In this document: in pieces, positions 26,521 through 35,665 of the stretch
Layout: each line of letters begins with the position of its first letter
Numbering within the stretch: the first letter of the stretch is position 1
NCBI GenBank assembly: GCA_964466525.1
Contig: CAYXQY010000004.1
Coordinates: 1 to 53,794 of the forward strand
Length of the DNA stretch: 53,794 bases
Origin: an uncultured Planctomycetia bacterium
GTDB lineage: Bacteria > Planctomycetota > MHYJ01 > CAYXQY01
Reading direction: 5' to 3'
The notes under the pieces: model-generated
What the model saw: the letters and a program-made list of their open reading frames with translations, nothing else
What the model was told of the DNA's origin: nothing
Database searches by the model: none
Made by a program: the position numbers and the translations under genes

Positions 26521-28864
26521 TCATTCCGGAAGCAACGCATGTTTCATTTGATGATAGTTGTTGAGAATCACACCGCTGAACCACGGGCTCGATTGATACG
26601 GAACGGCAATGGATTCCAGGGCCTCTCGATACGCACGAGGTGTGAGGTCCGTTTTCGTTTCGTGCACTGACCTCTGGTGTTCCACAACATGCCGATTCGC
26701 GATTTCATGCCAGACGGGAACGGGCGAAGAGCTATTTGTGGCGTTCGCCGCATGGTGTAGCAATGATTCGATGTCAACCGGGTCGCTGGCGTGATATCGG
26801 ACGATGAGTTCGTCGAAACGGTCCGGAAGCCGGTTCAAAAACTGTTTGAGGGGAGGGGCATCCAGCGATTTTAGATATAAAAACGGTACGACCAGAAACA
26901 CCCGTTCATCCGGCTGCGTATTCAGAAATCGGTTCTTCTTAAGTTCTCTGGTTTGACGTATGAATGTGTCTGCGGAGACGTCGGAGATGGCACCTGTCCC
27001 AACAGCGATTGCATGAAATGGTTCGGGACTTCGTTCCTGAAAATCCAGAAGGGAGTTTAACCGGCGAGCCGCTGCCCGGGAAACGTTCATGTCCTGATCG
27101 AAAACGGAGACATGTGCAATCGTTTTTCGTTTCCGGTCCCGTATTTCGCTGATGAGGTTGCCAAGGAGTGAATCGTCCTTTTTTTGGACGGGTTCATCCA
27201 CCGTCACAACCAATCGTCTGTAGCTCATCCTCTTCAGGTATTTACGAAGAAAAGATTTCTCCGGTTCACCGGAACGCAATCGACTGAATTTCACTACGAT
27301 TCCTTTTTTTAACGGCTTTTGAGACGTTTTCTTTTTGAAATCTACATCCGTATGATCGGACATCTTTTGAAGCGGAAGATGTTTTGCGGAGGCCCCCATT
27401 GATTCAGCCAGTTCCAGGTACGTCATCGTCAGGTTGCGTTTCTCGGTCAGGATGCCCAGAACGGTTTCAAGATATAAGTGTTTCCGATCCGTGTAATACG
27501 ACCAGTTCGAAAGTGCTCCGCTATCCTGTTGAAGTTTCGCCTCTTCCAGTTCCGATCGGACACGACGGAGACGATTCCGACGATCTTTCAGCATCTGCTG
27601 TTCCGTTCGCATGGTCTCGATTTTGTCAGCTACCTCCTGCTGAATTTCGGATAGTTTCTCGTCCATTTCGGAAATAAGGGTGTTCAGAATGGCCCGTTCT
27701 TCCCTGTTTCGGGCGTTCACAATGGGCCAGTAAAGAAGCGGGATGGAATATCGTCCATCAATCGTCGGGCCGGACGTAAGGTCCTCTGAACCTCCGGTTC
27801 CATAGCTGACGACCCCTTTCGCATCAAGTGGTGTCAATTTCTTGCTTCTGATTTCTCCTTTTTCTCGCCGAAACGCCCCCTGGATCCGGGACACGTCCGT
27901 CCGTCTTGTTATCGCACTTTTGACCGCCCACGGGATCGGGGGTTTATCCGTAATTTCGGGCACCTGTGGCTTCAGTTGCAGCGGGGCGTCCACGGGACGA
28001 TTCAATAAGGTGTTCAGCGTGTTTTTCGCCTGACGAACCGTCATTTTCGTCTCCTGAAGCCGTTCGGACAAATTCTGTATGTCCCGGGTTTCTTGAAGTA
28101 TGGAGAGATCCGGTCGGACGTCGTAAAAGACACGCTGTTCCAGACGGCGTACGGTGGTGCGGGCGAGCCGGAGCCGTCTGTGAAGCACCTGTTTTCGCTT
28201 CTGTTCGAAGAGCACCCGGGCATACGCCTTCGTCGCCAGATATAATTTCTTCCTTTGCTCCCGGGCGTAGATGCTCAGGCGGGAGACCAGCTCTCCTTTC
28301 GCACGTTCAATGCCGTAGTTTCGCTTCCAGATTCCATCGATGACCGACTGGGTCAGGCTGGCAAGAATACCACCGGGATAAAACCGAGTAATGAGGTTGA
28401 ACCGGGGACCGTAGGAAACACCTTCACGATCGAGGGCGGCCCGTGCTCGAATAATCTCATGCAGCTGTTTTTTGTATCGTTGGGTTTCGTGCCTGTATTC
28501 CGGATAAAAGCCGGAGAAGATTTATGTGAGACGTTCTGGAGTTGTTTTTGTGAAACGAAACATACCCCTTACGTACAGCGTTCGTGGATTTCTCAGCTGC
28601 TTCGGTTTCCGACGTGAGTGCGTTGTGCAGGATCTGTCCCCTCTGATCTTCCGGATGCTGCTTACGAAAATCCTTGAGCCGACGTAACGCGTATTCGTCG
28701 TTTCCACGGACGTACTCCAGCAGAATGGATTCAAAGGGTTCGGTCGACTGAAGGGGATCGGGGATCCGCTTCAAATCTGTGGACGCACATCCGTACAGCA
28801 CCAGGAGTAAAAGGCAGCAGATGGCACGATGAAGCCATCGGCCGATCGTGATTCCGGTAGTCAT
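26521..28864 (-). pseudogene. TolC-like outer-membrane-factor lipoprotein with an extra ~290-aa C-terminal domain. The reading frame is broken once at about 28457..28524.
   Basis: ORF 28457..28864 starts with a lipobox (LLLLVLYGC/AS) and ends ...IQARNPTIQKTAA*. The frame of ORF 26521..28215 is open up to 28521 and reads ...QLHEIIRARAALDREGVSYGPRFNLITRFY.... This continues the OEP consensus when one base of the T/A run at about 28468..28473 is removed. Two OEP-type repeats are followed by a non-OEP domain (about 26524..27393). Confidence 0.7.
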
Positions 28865-29420
28865 GAAAGAGGGGGAACGAAAGAGTGAACATGAATCTTA
28901 CGAAATCGTCGACCGTATTGCGCGTACGATCAGCAGCACCGGCTCCATATATGACAAACGTCTACTGTACATTCGAATCGAGAATCCAATGGGGGCTTCA
29001 ACTACTGTTTTATATAAGTAGCCTGCTGAACAAAAAGAAACTTTCCGATCCCTTCACAGACAGGTGGAATATAAACGGATAATTTGCCATATGCCGTACA
29101 TATAAATTTGCGTGCAACAGGCTGTAAAAAGTGTTATGCTATACATTTCCCACCTGATATATACTGAACTGTCTCTTGAAAATGCGACGTGCCCTGAAGA
29201 GGATCAAATGAATTACAAATCGTAAGGAATGAGATAAAAAATGTTCGTACTACAGATAAATGTTCGATGTAGCACAATTTTGTTTCGGTTGTGCATGAAT
29301 TGTATACTGTCTCAACAGGGATAGCAAATATACAAATTTTGATGGGTGGTTACACTCCCGATTCTACGGATGAGTTAAGGGATACGATAAACACGTTCTT
29401 CATCATAGACAACAACTGAT
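28865..29420. promoter_or_regulatory. A+T-rich divergent control region between the polysaccharide operon and the diguanylate cyclase gene
   Basis: 556 nt without a credible ORF, and visibly A+T-rich relative to its flanks. AAATGTTCG occurs twice (29239..29247 and 29258..29266), and TATACTG(aa)CTGTCTC-like words occur at about 29161 and 29304. Confidence 0.4.
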
Positions 29421-30317
29421 ATGAGGTTTAAACCGAACTTCCTGCAATCCGAAATCCATACAACCGCCAATCAATCCGTTCCGCTCCGTGGATTGGTTTT
29501 GAGCTTCCTTGCTCTGCTCGCCACGTTTATCGTGTATCTTCTCTGGCCGGCCTCCGCCGATAAATACGTGGGTCTGGTCTGGATTTTCAGTTTAATTCCC
29601 CTATTCCTGCTGGCGTATTACAGAGGGATGTGGGGGACGGTGTATGCGGCAACGGCGACCATGATTGCTTTTGGATTGGCCGAGATAATTAGCGTCTTGT
29701 ACCTGGACCAACAATTGAACTGGTGGCTTTACGGCATCGTCGTTGGACTATTGCTTGTGGTGACCCTGTTCACCGGGTGGCTGTCGAGCAGGCTGATCGA
29801 GGAGCGAGAGGAAGCCATGCAGATGGCGTTCAAAGACCCGCTTACCGGGCTCGAGAGTCGTCGGGCACTCGACTTTTATTTTGACAAGCAGGTTGAGGAC
29901 GCCCGCCGCGGACATCAACTGAGTATTGCCTTTTTTGATCTCGATGATTTCAAACATTACAACGACGAGTATGGACACGACGCGGGCGATCAGATTCTCA
30001 GGAAAACGGGGCAGGTATTGCAGGAGAACACAAGGAATGCGGACCTCACCGGTCGATTCGGTGGTGAGGAGTTTCTTTCGATCCTCTCCGGCGAAGCAGA
30101 AGAGGGGGCGAAGATTTTTGCCCAGCGGGTGTGTTCGGACATTGCCGAGATGGATTCACCGCATCCGGATCCACCGACTATCAGCGGGGGGGTCGCGTCC
30201 TGGTCCGAAGATATGGACGAGAAACAGGAGCTGCTTGACCGGGCGGATAAAGCCCTGTACCGGGCCAAGGACAGGGGCGGAAACCTGGTGGTTACATGGT
30301 CGGAAATGGAAGCGTAG
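29421..30317 (+). CDS. Membrane-anchored diguanylate cyclase (GGDEF domain, predicted active)
   Basis: Four to five N-terminal TM helices, then DPLTGLESRRAL...FFDLDDFKHYNDEYGHDAGD...RNADLTGRFGGEEFLSIL. The GGEEF active site and the RxxD I-site are both intact. Confidence 0.9.
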   Translation: MRFKPNFLQSEIHTTANQSVPLRGLVLSFLALLATFIVYLLWPASADKYVGLVWIFSLIPLFLLAYYRGMWGTVYAATATMIAFGLAEIISVLYLDQQLNWWLYGIVVGLLLVVTLFTGWLSSRLIEEREEAMQMAFKDPLTGLESRRALDFYFDKQVEDARRGHQLSIAFFDLDDFKHYNDEYGHDAGDQILRKTGQVLQENTRNADLTGRFGGEEFLSILSGEAEEGAKIFAQRVCSDIAEMDSPHPDPPTISGGVASWSEDMDEKQELLDRADKALYRAKDRGGNLVVTWSEMEA

Positions 30318-30513
30318 GAACGGCCCGGGAAACCGTATTATAAATGAGCCCAGTGTAACCCAAAACGCAAGATCCGATCATCATGTACCCCCCGAAACAA
30401 GGTCGGCTATGCATGTGGATTTTCGTTGATTCCCCCGGACGAGTGCGAGTCGCCGGAGTGTGTGAACACGAAGTATGAATGTGTCTTTTTATGTTTTTTT
30501 ATAGTCCCTCCCT

Positions 30514-31458
30514 TCAGAACAGTTCCGCCAGTTGCTCGTCCCCGGTCGTGAGGGCCCACTCGTCGCCGAACTGGTCGAGCATCCGGATGGAGTAGGTGCG
30601 AAAGAACACGCCGATGGGGAGGAAAATCACGTTGGACAGGTACGGAAGAAAACCGATACAGCAGGTAAGACAGCCACCGATCACGAGCACGAACATGCTG
30701 CCAATCGTGAGTAAGGCCTTCAGGAGATAAAACAGCAGGAACGTTCCCGGATACGCTCGCAACACATCGTTCCAGAACAGTTTGCAGGCCGCCCAGCAGC
30801 GGATGTCCCGGCGATACATGACCTGAGCGACGAAATCCGACAGGAGTTGATACCCGATCATGTACACGAAGAACATCAGGGTCCAGATCAGAACACAGAG
30901 AACGAGCCCGACGATGAGAAGTGGGGAGAGGATATCGATCAGCATGAACAGAACCGCTCCAATACCTGCGGAGCCAATGGCCAGTATGCCCCCGAGCAGA
31001 ACGTAGATCAGGCGAACGAAAAACAGGCTGTTTCCCTGCTTCCTGTACGCGTGCCACGGATCCGCGATTGCGGCTTCGTCCCGCAGCGTGGCGTCCAGGA
31101 ATATAAAAGCCCCCCGGGAGCCAAGCCAGAGCAGCAGAACGAGAAACGCAAAAAGTACCAGCACGATCACCACGCCGATGATCACTTCCGCCAGTCCGAC
31201 CCACTGCAGTAACTGATCGAGAAGTTCGGACGGGGGGGTTCCGGAAAATGTATCACCGGGGGCACCGGTTGGGCCTCCGACATTCACGTTGAATTTAAAC
31301 GAAAAACCATCGAACGTAGCGAGGCTGGCAAGGAACCATGCGAAGCCGTACACGAACCACTCTCCTGGGTTGAACGGGTGAAACAACCGGTTCTTCGTCC
31401 AGGTCACGGCCTCGCCGATCGGTTCCGCAACGGAAATTCGACGGTTGTTGTCATCCAT
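30514..31458 (-). CDS. Polytopic membrane protein of unknown function (possibly the GP-PDE-membrane-domain/DUF975-like class)
   Basis: 314 aa with about 6 TM segments and a G+C-rich gene body. It lies downstream of the RDD gene on the same strand. Confidence 0.6.
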   Translation of the reverse strand: MDDNNRRISVAEPIGEAVTWTKNRLFHPFNPGEWFVYGFAWFLASLATFDGFSFKFNVNVGGPTGAPGDTFSGTPPSELLDQLLQWVGLAEVIIGVVIVLVLFAFLVLLLWLGSRGAFIFLDATLRDEAAIADPWHAYRKQGNSLFFVRLIYVLLGGILAIGSAGIGAVLFMLIDILSPLLIVGLVLCVLIWTLMFFVYMIGYQLLSDFVAQVMYRRDIRCWAACKLFWNDVLRAYPGTFLLFYLLKALLTIGSMFVLVIGGCLTCCIGFLPYLSNVIFLPIGVFFRTYSIRMLDQFGDEWALTTGDEQLAELF

Positions 31459-31623
31459 AATAGCCGACTGTAATGATGAATACTGGTATGACTGAATGTA
31501 TGAACATTACACAGGGGGGGCATCGGAATTTAACTATCGGCCCGGTGACGATGAAGTGACGTGAACCTGTTATGCCCTGCAAATTGAGGAGATGAGACGG
31601 AAAAGTGTGTGACGGTGTACCGA

Positions 31624-32628
31624 TCAGGGTTCGCTGTCCTCGGATCTGCCCCGGTCTCGTTCCGGAAGGCGGTATTTTTCCGCGAGCCGCTCCACCAGAT
31701 GACTGGACGAACGGGAGTCGACGTCCTCCTTAATTTCCTCACGCAGGGCTTCGCCGCTGGCCAGTTTTCCTTCCAGGTGGCGGCGCATGGCTCGATAAAA
31801 CGAAGTCAGAAATGGAACGGCCTCCCGGTCCGGGACGGGGTCCGGGAAATCGATTTTCTCCACGACCCGGTCCTTGATCTGTTGGAGGGTGGCGCTGTTG
31901 TCGTTACCGGCTGTGCCGTTCTGACCGTGCAACCGATTTTCCAGCGCATCCTGGAGGGCGTTGAGCTGGACGATTCCGTACACGTCAAGCATCTCGTTGC
32001 GAAACGCATACGAACGTTCTCCGCCGGCAGCGGCATGGTCGAGCAGGTCCTGATTCAGCGACACCGGGTCCGGTGATTCGATCACGACCGTTCCCGCAAC
32101 GACGTCCCCCAGTCGCCGGTTTGTCGTGGAGACGAAAGGAATGACCAGGAATCCGAGACACCAGAGCAGCAGGGGTTCGGTCGGGTAGCCGCTGAGAAGC
32201 ATGTAAAGTACCGAAGCGGGAATCCAGAACTCCACCTCGCGCAGGAGGTTGCGGGTGACCACGGCGGAGAGCCGAAGCGGCTGACCGTCGGCGTTCAGTA
32301 CCTGAATGCCGGCAAGGGATTTGCCGATCGTCTGTCCGAACCAGCGCCACTCCGTCCAGATCCAGTATCCGACCCGCAGGAACAGGGAGCCCAGGAGAAC
32401 AAGAAGAAGCGGTACGGCACTTCCGGTAAACAGTCCGGCGTAAAAGGCGGTAAACCCGAACAGGACCAGGCAGGTGACGATAAGCACCGTGTCGAATACG
32501 ACGGCCCCGAGCCGTGCACCGAGGCCGGCCGGGGCGAACTGAAGGGTGATATCGTCCGGGGTTTCCCATTCAATCACCGCGTCCGATCCGGAGTAGGTCC
32601 TCTTCCGGTTTGAATGCGGATTGGCCAT
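31624..32628 (-). CDS. RDD-family membrane protein with a ~150-aa cytoplasmic C-terminal extension
   Basis: GLGARLGAVVFDTVLIV...TIGKSLAGIQVLNADGQPL...VTRNLLREVE...NRRLGDVVAGTVVI, the RDD-domain pattern. Confidence 0.75.
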   Translation of the reverse strand: MANPHSNRKRTYSGSDAVIEWETPDDITLQFAPAGLGARLGAVVFDTVLIVTCLVLFGFTAFYAGLFTGSAVPLLLVLLGSLFLRVGYWIWTEWRWFGQTIGKSLAGIQVLNADGQPLRLSAVVTRNLLREVEFWIPASVLYMLLSGYPTEPLLLWCLGFLVIPFVSTTNRRLGDVVAGTVVIESPDPVSLNQDLLDHAAAGGERSYAFRNEMLDVYGIVQLNALQDALENRLHGQNGTAGNDNSATLQQIKDRVVEKIDFPDPVPDREAVPFLTSFYRAMRRHLEGKLASGEALREEIKEDVDSRSSSHLVERLAEKYRLPERDRGRSEDSEP

Positions 32629-32726
32629 GATTGTTCCTTCCGGTGGAATTCGTTAGGATTGAAGGAAGGCGGTAACGACGATGGATTCTTCATTTTACAC
32701 GGATTTACGCGGGAAACATACGGTCC

Positions 32727-33767
32727 ATGAAGCCACGGGATCTACGCAAGAAACGCGAGGGCCGCTGGCGTGAGCTGGAAGAACACGTGTCAACCATTGA
32801 GGACAACGGACTTTCCGGGTTGGACTATGAAGAGGTTCGAAGACTCGGCGGCCTGTACCGGATGACCGTGGGCAGCTACGCGGTCCTCAGTGAACTGTCG
32901 CTGGACCGGCGGCTTCACCGGTACCTGAAAAATCTAATCGCCCGTGCACACCTGGCCATCTATCACTACGACCTGAACCCGGACGTGCGGCCGGACCGGT
33001 TCCTGCGGAACGATTTCCCATCCCTTGTTCGAAAACATGCCGGCAAGTTGCTGGTGGCGATACTCACCATGTTGTTCTCGATGGGGTTTGCCCTGCTGCT
33101 GACAACTTATGAGCGACAGTACGCTGACGTGTTCATTCCCAGGTCGATGGCGCAGGAGCGGACCAGTTTTGCTTCGACGGACACGTTGCGTGACGTGCTG
33201 TATACCGGCCGGGGGAGCGGGGCGGAAAAACGCGTGTTATTCTCCACGTACCTGTTCGTGCATAACACGCGCGTGGGTCTGATGTCGTTCGGGTTCGGGT
33301 TGCTTGGCGGGATGCCCGCGCTGGTCAGTGGATCGTACAACGGGTTGATGCTGGGAAGCATGGCCGGGTTGTACCACGTGCACGGGTTGGGGTACGAATT
33401 CTGGGGATGGGTGCTTCCGCACGGGGTGACTGAACTGCTGGCGATCGTGCTGTGCCTGCAGGCGGGGTTGGTCGTCGGGCTGACGCTTGTGTACCCGGGC
33501 GCGGAGCCGTGGGTGGACGCCGTATCTCGCGCGGGTCGGGAGGCGGGACAGATCGTCCTCGGAACCGTGCCGATGTTCCTGATAGCGGGGGCCATCGAGG
33601 GCGTGCTACGGCAGGTGCGGCAGGAGCATTTCCCGTGGGAGGCCCGTCATTTCTTCGCCCTGTTGACTTTTGTTTTCTGGATATGGTACTTCGGGTTCTG
33701 CGGCCGGGACGCCGCTGCAGGAGAGGCGACCTCGAATGATACGTTGAATCACATTTCACAGCTATAA
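32727..33767 (+). CDS. Stage II sporulation protein M-like (DUF95) membrane protein
   Basis: FVHNTRVGLMSFGFGLLGGMPALVSGSYNGLMLGS...WVLPHGVTELLAIVLCLQAGL, the SpoIIM/DUF95 signature, preceded by a soluble helical N-terminus. Confidence 0.75.
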   Translation: MKPRDLRKKREGRWRELEEHVSTIEDNGLSGLDYEEVRRLGGLYRMTVGSYAVLSELSLDRRLHRYLKNLIARAHLAIYHYDLNPDVRPDRFLRNDFPSLVRKHAGKLLVAILTMLFSMGFALLLTTYERQYADVFIPRSMAQERTSFASTDTLRDVLYTGRGSGAEKRVLFSTYLFVHNTRVGLMSFGFGLLGGMPALVSGSYNGLMLGSMAGLYHVHGLGYEFWGWVLPHGVTELLAIVLCLQAGLVVGLTLVYPGAEPWVDAVSRAGREAGQIVLGTVPMFLIAGAIEGVLRQVRQEHFPWEARHFFALLTFVFWIWYFGFCGRDAAAGEATSNDTLNHISQL

Positions 33768-33771
33768 GCAC

Positions 33772-34794
33772 ATGGCCAAAAATCAGTTTGTTTGCGAGGA
33801 ATGCAAACGACAGCTACAGGTGGACGAGGACGAAACCGGTCAGGAGGTGCGATGCCCGCACTGTGAGCACGTAATGCACGTGCCCGACGAGCCGGCCTCC
33901 GGACAGGAGCAGGACGCCGTGACCGGTGCCGGCGCCGGCGTGGACGGTGAACCGGCCGGGGCGGGACCTGCTGATGTGAAGGACGAATTCGAATCCCCCG
34001 AATCCACAGGAGCGGACGTGCCGGGAACGGGTGATGCCGGCGCGTCCCGGACGGGGTCAAAGTTCAGCGTCACGGGGGTGCTCGAAACCAGTTTCAGCAT
34101 TTTCTTTGAGGATTTTGTCTCGTTTATTTCGCTCGGACTGATCGTCCTGTCTCCGCTGTTGCTGGTCACGCTGATCCTGGTGCTGAGCCCGATGGAAGCG
34201 GGGGAATTACAGATAACCTGGCAGGTCACGAACCTGGGGACGTCACTTGTGCTGCTGCCCCTGCTTGCCGGGGCGATGATGTACGGGGTGATACGTCGGT
34301 TGAACGGTGAAGGTTTTGTCGTAACCGAATGCCTGTCCGACGCGTTTGCCCTGCTCTTTCCGCTGATCGGGGTCTCGCTCCTGCAGGGGTTGATTATTCT
34401 GGTCGGAGGGGTCTTCTGCCTGATCCCCGGCCTGGTGGCATTGACCATGCTGTACGTCAGTACGCCGGCTCTCGTTATCGAGAAGACGGGCGTCATCGAC
34501 GCGCTGGGACGAAGTTACAACCTGACGTCCGGTCATCTCCTGCGTATTTTCGGGATTATTCTGGTCCTGTTCCTGCTCAACCTGGTTCTCGTATTGCCCG
34601 TGCAGTTCTCCACGGTCGGGTTCGTTCCGGCCGGAGCCACAGTTTCCTCGATGAAACTCTTCATCTGCGGTTCCACCCTGATGGCCCTCATTACAAATAC
34701 CATTGCTTCGATTACCGTGGCCACGACCTATTACTTCCTGCGGATGGATGAAGAGGACACGACCATCGACGAACTCGTTCACCTGTTTGATTGA
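33772..34794 (+). CDS. Zinc-ribbon protein with a polytopic membrane domain (unknown function)
   Basis: The N-terminus FVCEECKRQLQVDEDETGQEVRCPHCEHVMHVP has the CxxC...CxxC pattern. A Gly/Ala/Asp-rich linker follows, then about 6 TM helices. The start is 4 nt after the SpoIIM-like stop. Confidence 0.7.
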   Translation: MAKNQFVCEECKRQLQVDEDETGQEVRCPHCEHVMHVPDEPASGQEQDAVTGAGAGVDGEPAGAGPADVKDEFESPESTGADVPGTGDAGASRTGSKFSVTGVLETSFSIFFEDFVSFISLGLIVLSPLLLVTLILVLSPMEAGELQITWQVTNLGTSLVLLPLLAGAMMYGVIRRLNGEGFVVTECLSDAFALLFPLIGVSLLQGLIILVGGVFCLIPGLVALTMLYVSTPALVIEKTGVIDALGRSYNLTSGHLLRIFGIILVLFLLNLVLVLPVQFSTVGFVPAGATVSSMKLFICGSTLMALITNTIASITVATTYYFLRMDEEDTTIDELVHLFD

Positions 34795-34823
34795 GGGCAG
34801 TTGTGCCAGCACGCGTAATACCG

Positions 34824-35603
34824 ATGAAGGCTGTAAAAGGTCCGGTTCGAACGGTCGGAACCGGGTGGAATGTACAGGTTATTCTCCTTCTGGCCCTATG
34901 CGTCATGGTTCCGTGTCCGTACTCCGTGGCGGCACCGGAAGACCTCCCCCCGTCGGAGCAGGCACGGGAAATCCTCGAGGAAGGAGATTTCCAGCGGGAT
35001 CCGCCCGACATCGGTGCGACCGGACAGCGATCCGGGGAAGAGGCCGGGGATACATCGGGTTCGGAAGGGAACCAATCGGGGGAGGACGCGATGGTCGGGA
35101 TGGAATACCTTGGCTGGTTGCGTTATCTGGGGGCCGTATTGAACGTGTTGATGTGGGTTGCGATTGTTCTTGTGATAGGGGGGGCAGGGTATATTCTGTT
35201 CCGAGCGTTTCAATCGGAAACCGAAGACGCCGACGAGCCCCCCGGTCCGGAAACGGGGGACGATCCGGCCGTGACGGCGCAATCGCTGGATGCGGACGAA
35301 ATGCAGAGGACGCTTGCGGACGCGGACGAACTGGCACGGGACGGACGGTACACGGATGCCATTCGACGGATGTTCCTTGACGCGGTGGACCGCATTGAAC
35401 GTGAACTGGACGTTCCGCTTGCCATGTCCGAAACCAACCACGAGTACCTCGACCGTATACGGGAAACCGACGTACGACACCTCTGCGAGAAGCTCGTGCT
35501 GGCCGTCGATCGGTTTTACTACGGCGGGGAGACGTGTGCGGAAGCCGATTACCGGGACTGCCGCCGCATCTGGAAGAAGGTCCAGAACCGGGCTCGTTCA
35601 TGA
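34824..35603 (+). CDS. DUF4129-domain protein
   Basis: ATG 34824 gives a signal/anchor sequence (MKAVKGPVRTVGTGWNVQVILLLALCVMV), while the ORF track starts at TTG 34791. The C-terminus ARDGRYTDAIRRMFLDAVDRIE...SETNHEYLDRI...AVDRFYYGGE matches my memory of DUF4129. Confidence 0.65.
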   Translation: MKAVKGPVRTVGTGWNVQVILLLALCVMVPCPYSVAAPEDLPPSEQAREILEEGDFQRDPPDIGATGQRSGEEAGDTSGSEGNQSGEDAMVGMEYLGWLRYLGAVLNVLMWVAIVLVIGGAGYILFRAFQSETEDADEPPGPETGDDPAVTAQSLDADEMQRTLADADELARDGRYTDAIRRMFLDAVDRIERELDVPLAMSETNHEYLDRIRETDVRHLCEKLVLAVDRFYYGGETCAEADYRDCRRIWKKVQNRARS

Positions 35604-35665
35604 CCACGCTCGGTTCAGATGGCGGACGCCGTGTATGATTCAATAGGGAAGGAGATGTTTCCATA

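Noticed and set aside
30407-31204. 265-aa minus-strand ORF out of frame with the 30514..31458 membrane protein
   Set aside because: It is on the same strand as the real gene but in another frame. The product is Arg/Gly/His-rich and unlike a protein, whereas the 314-aa frame gives clean TM helices.
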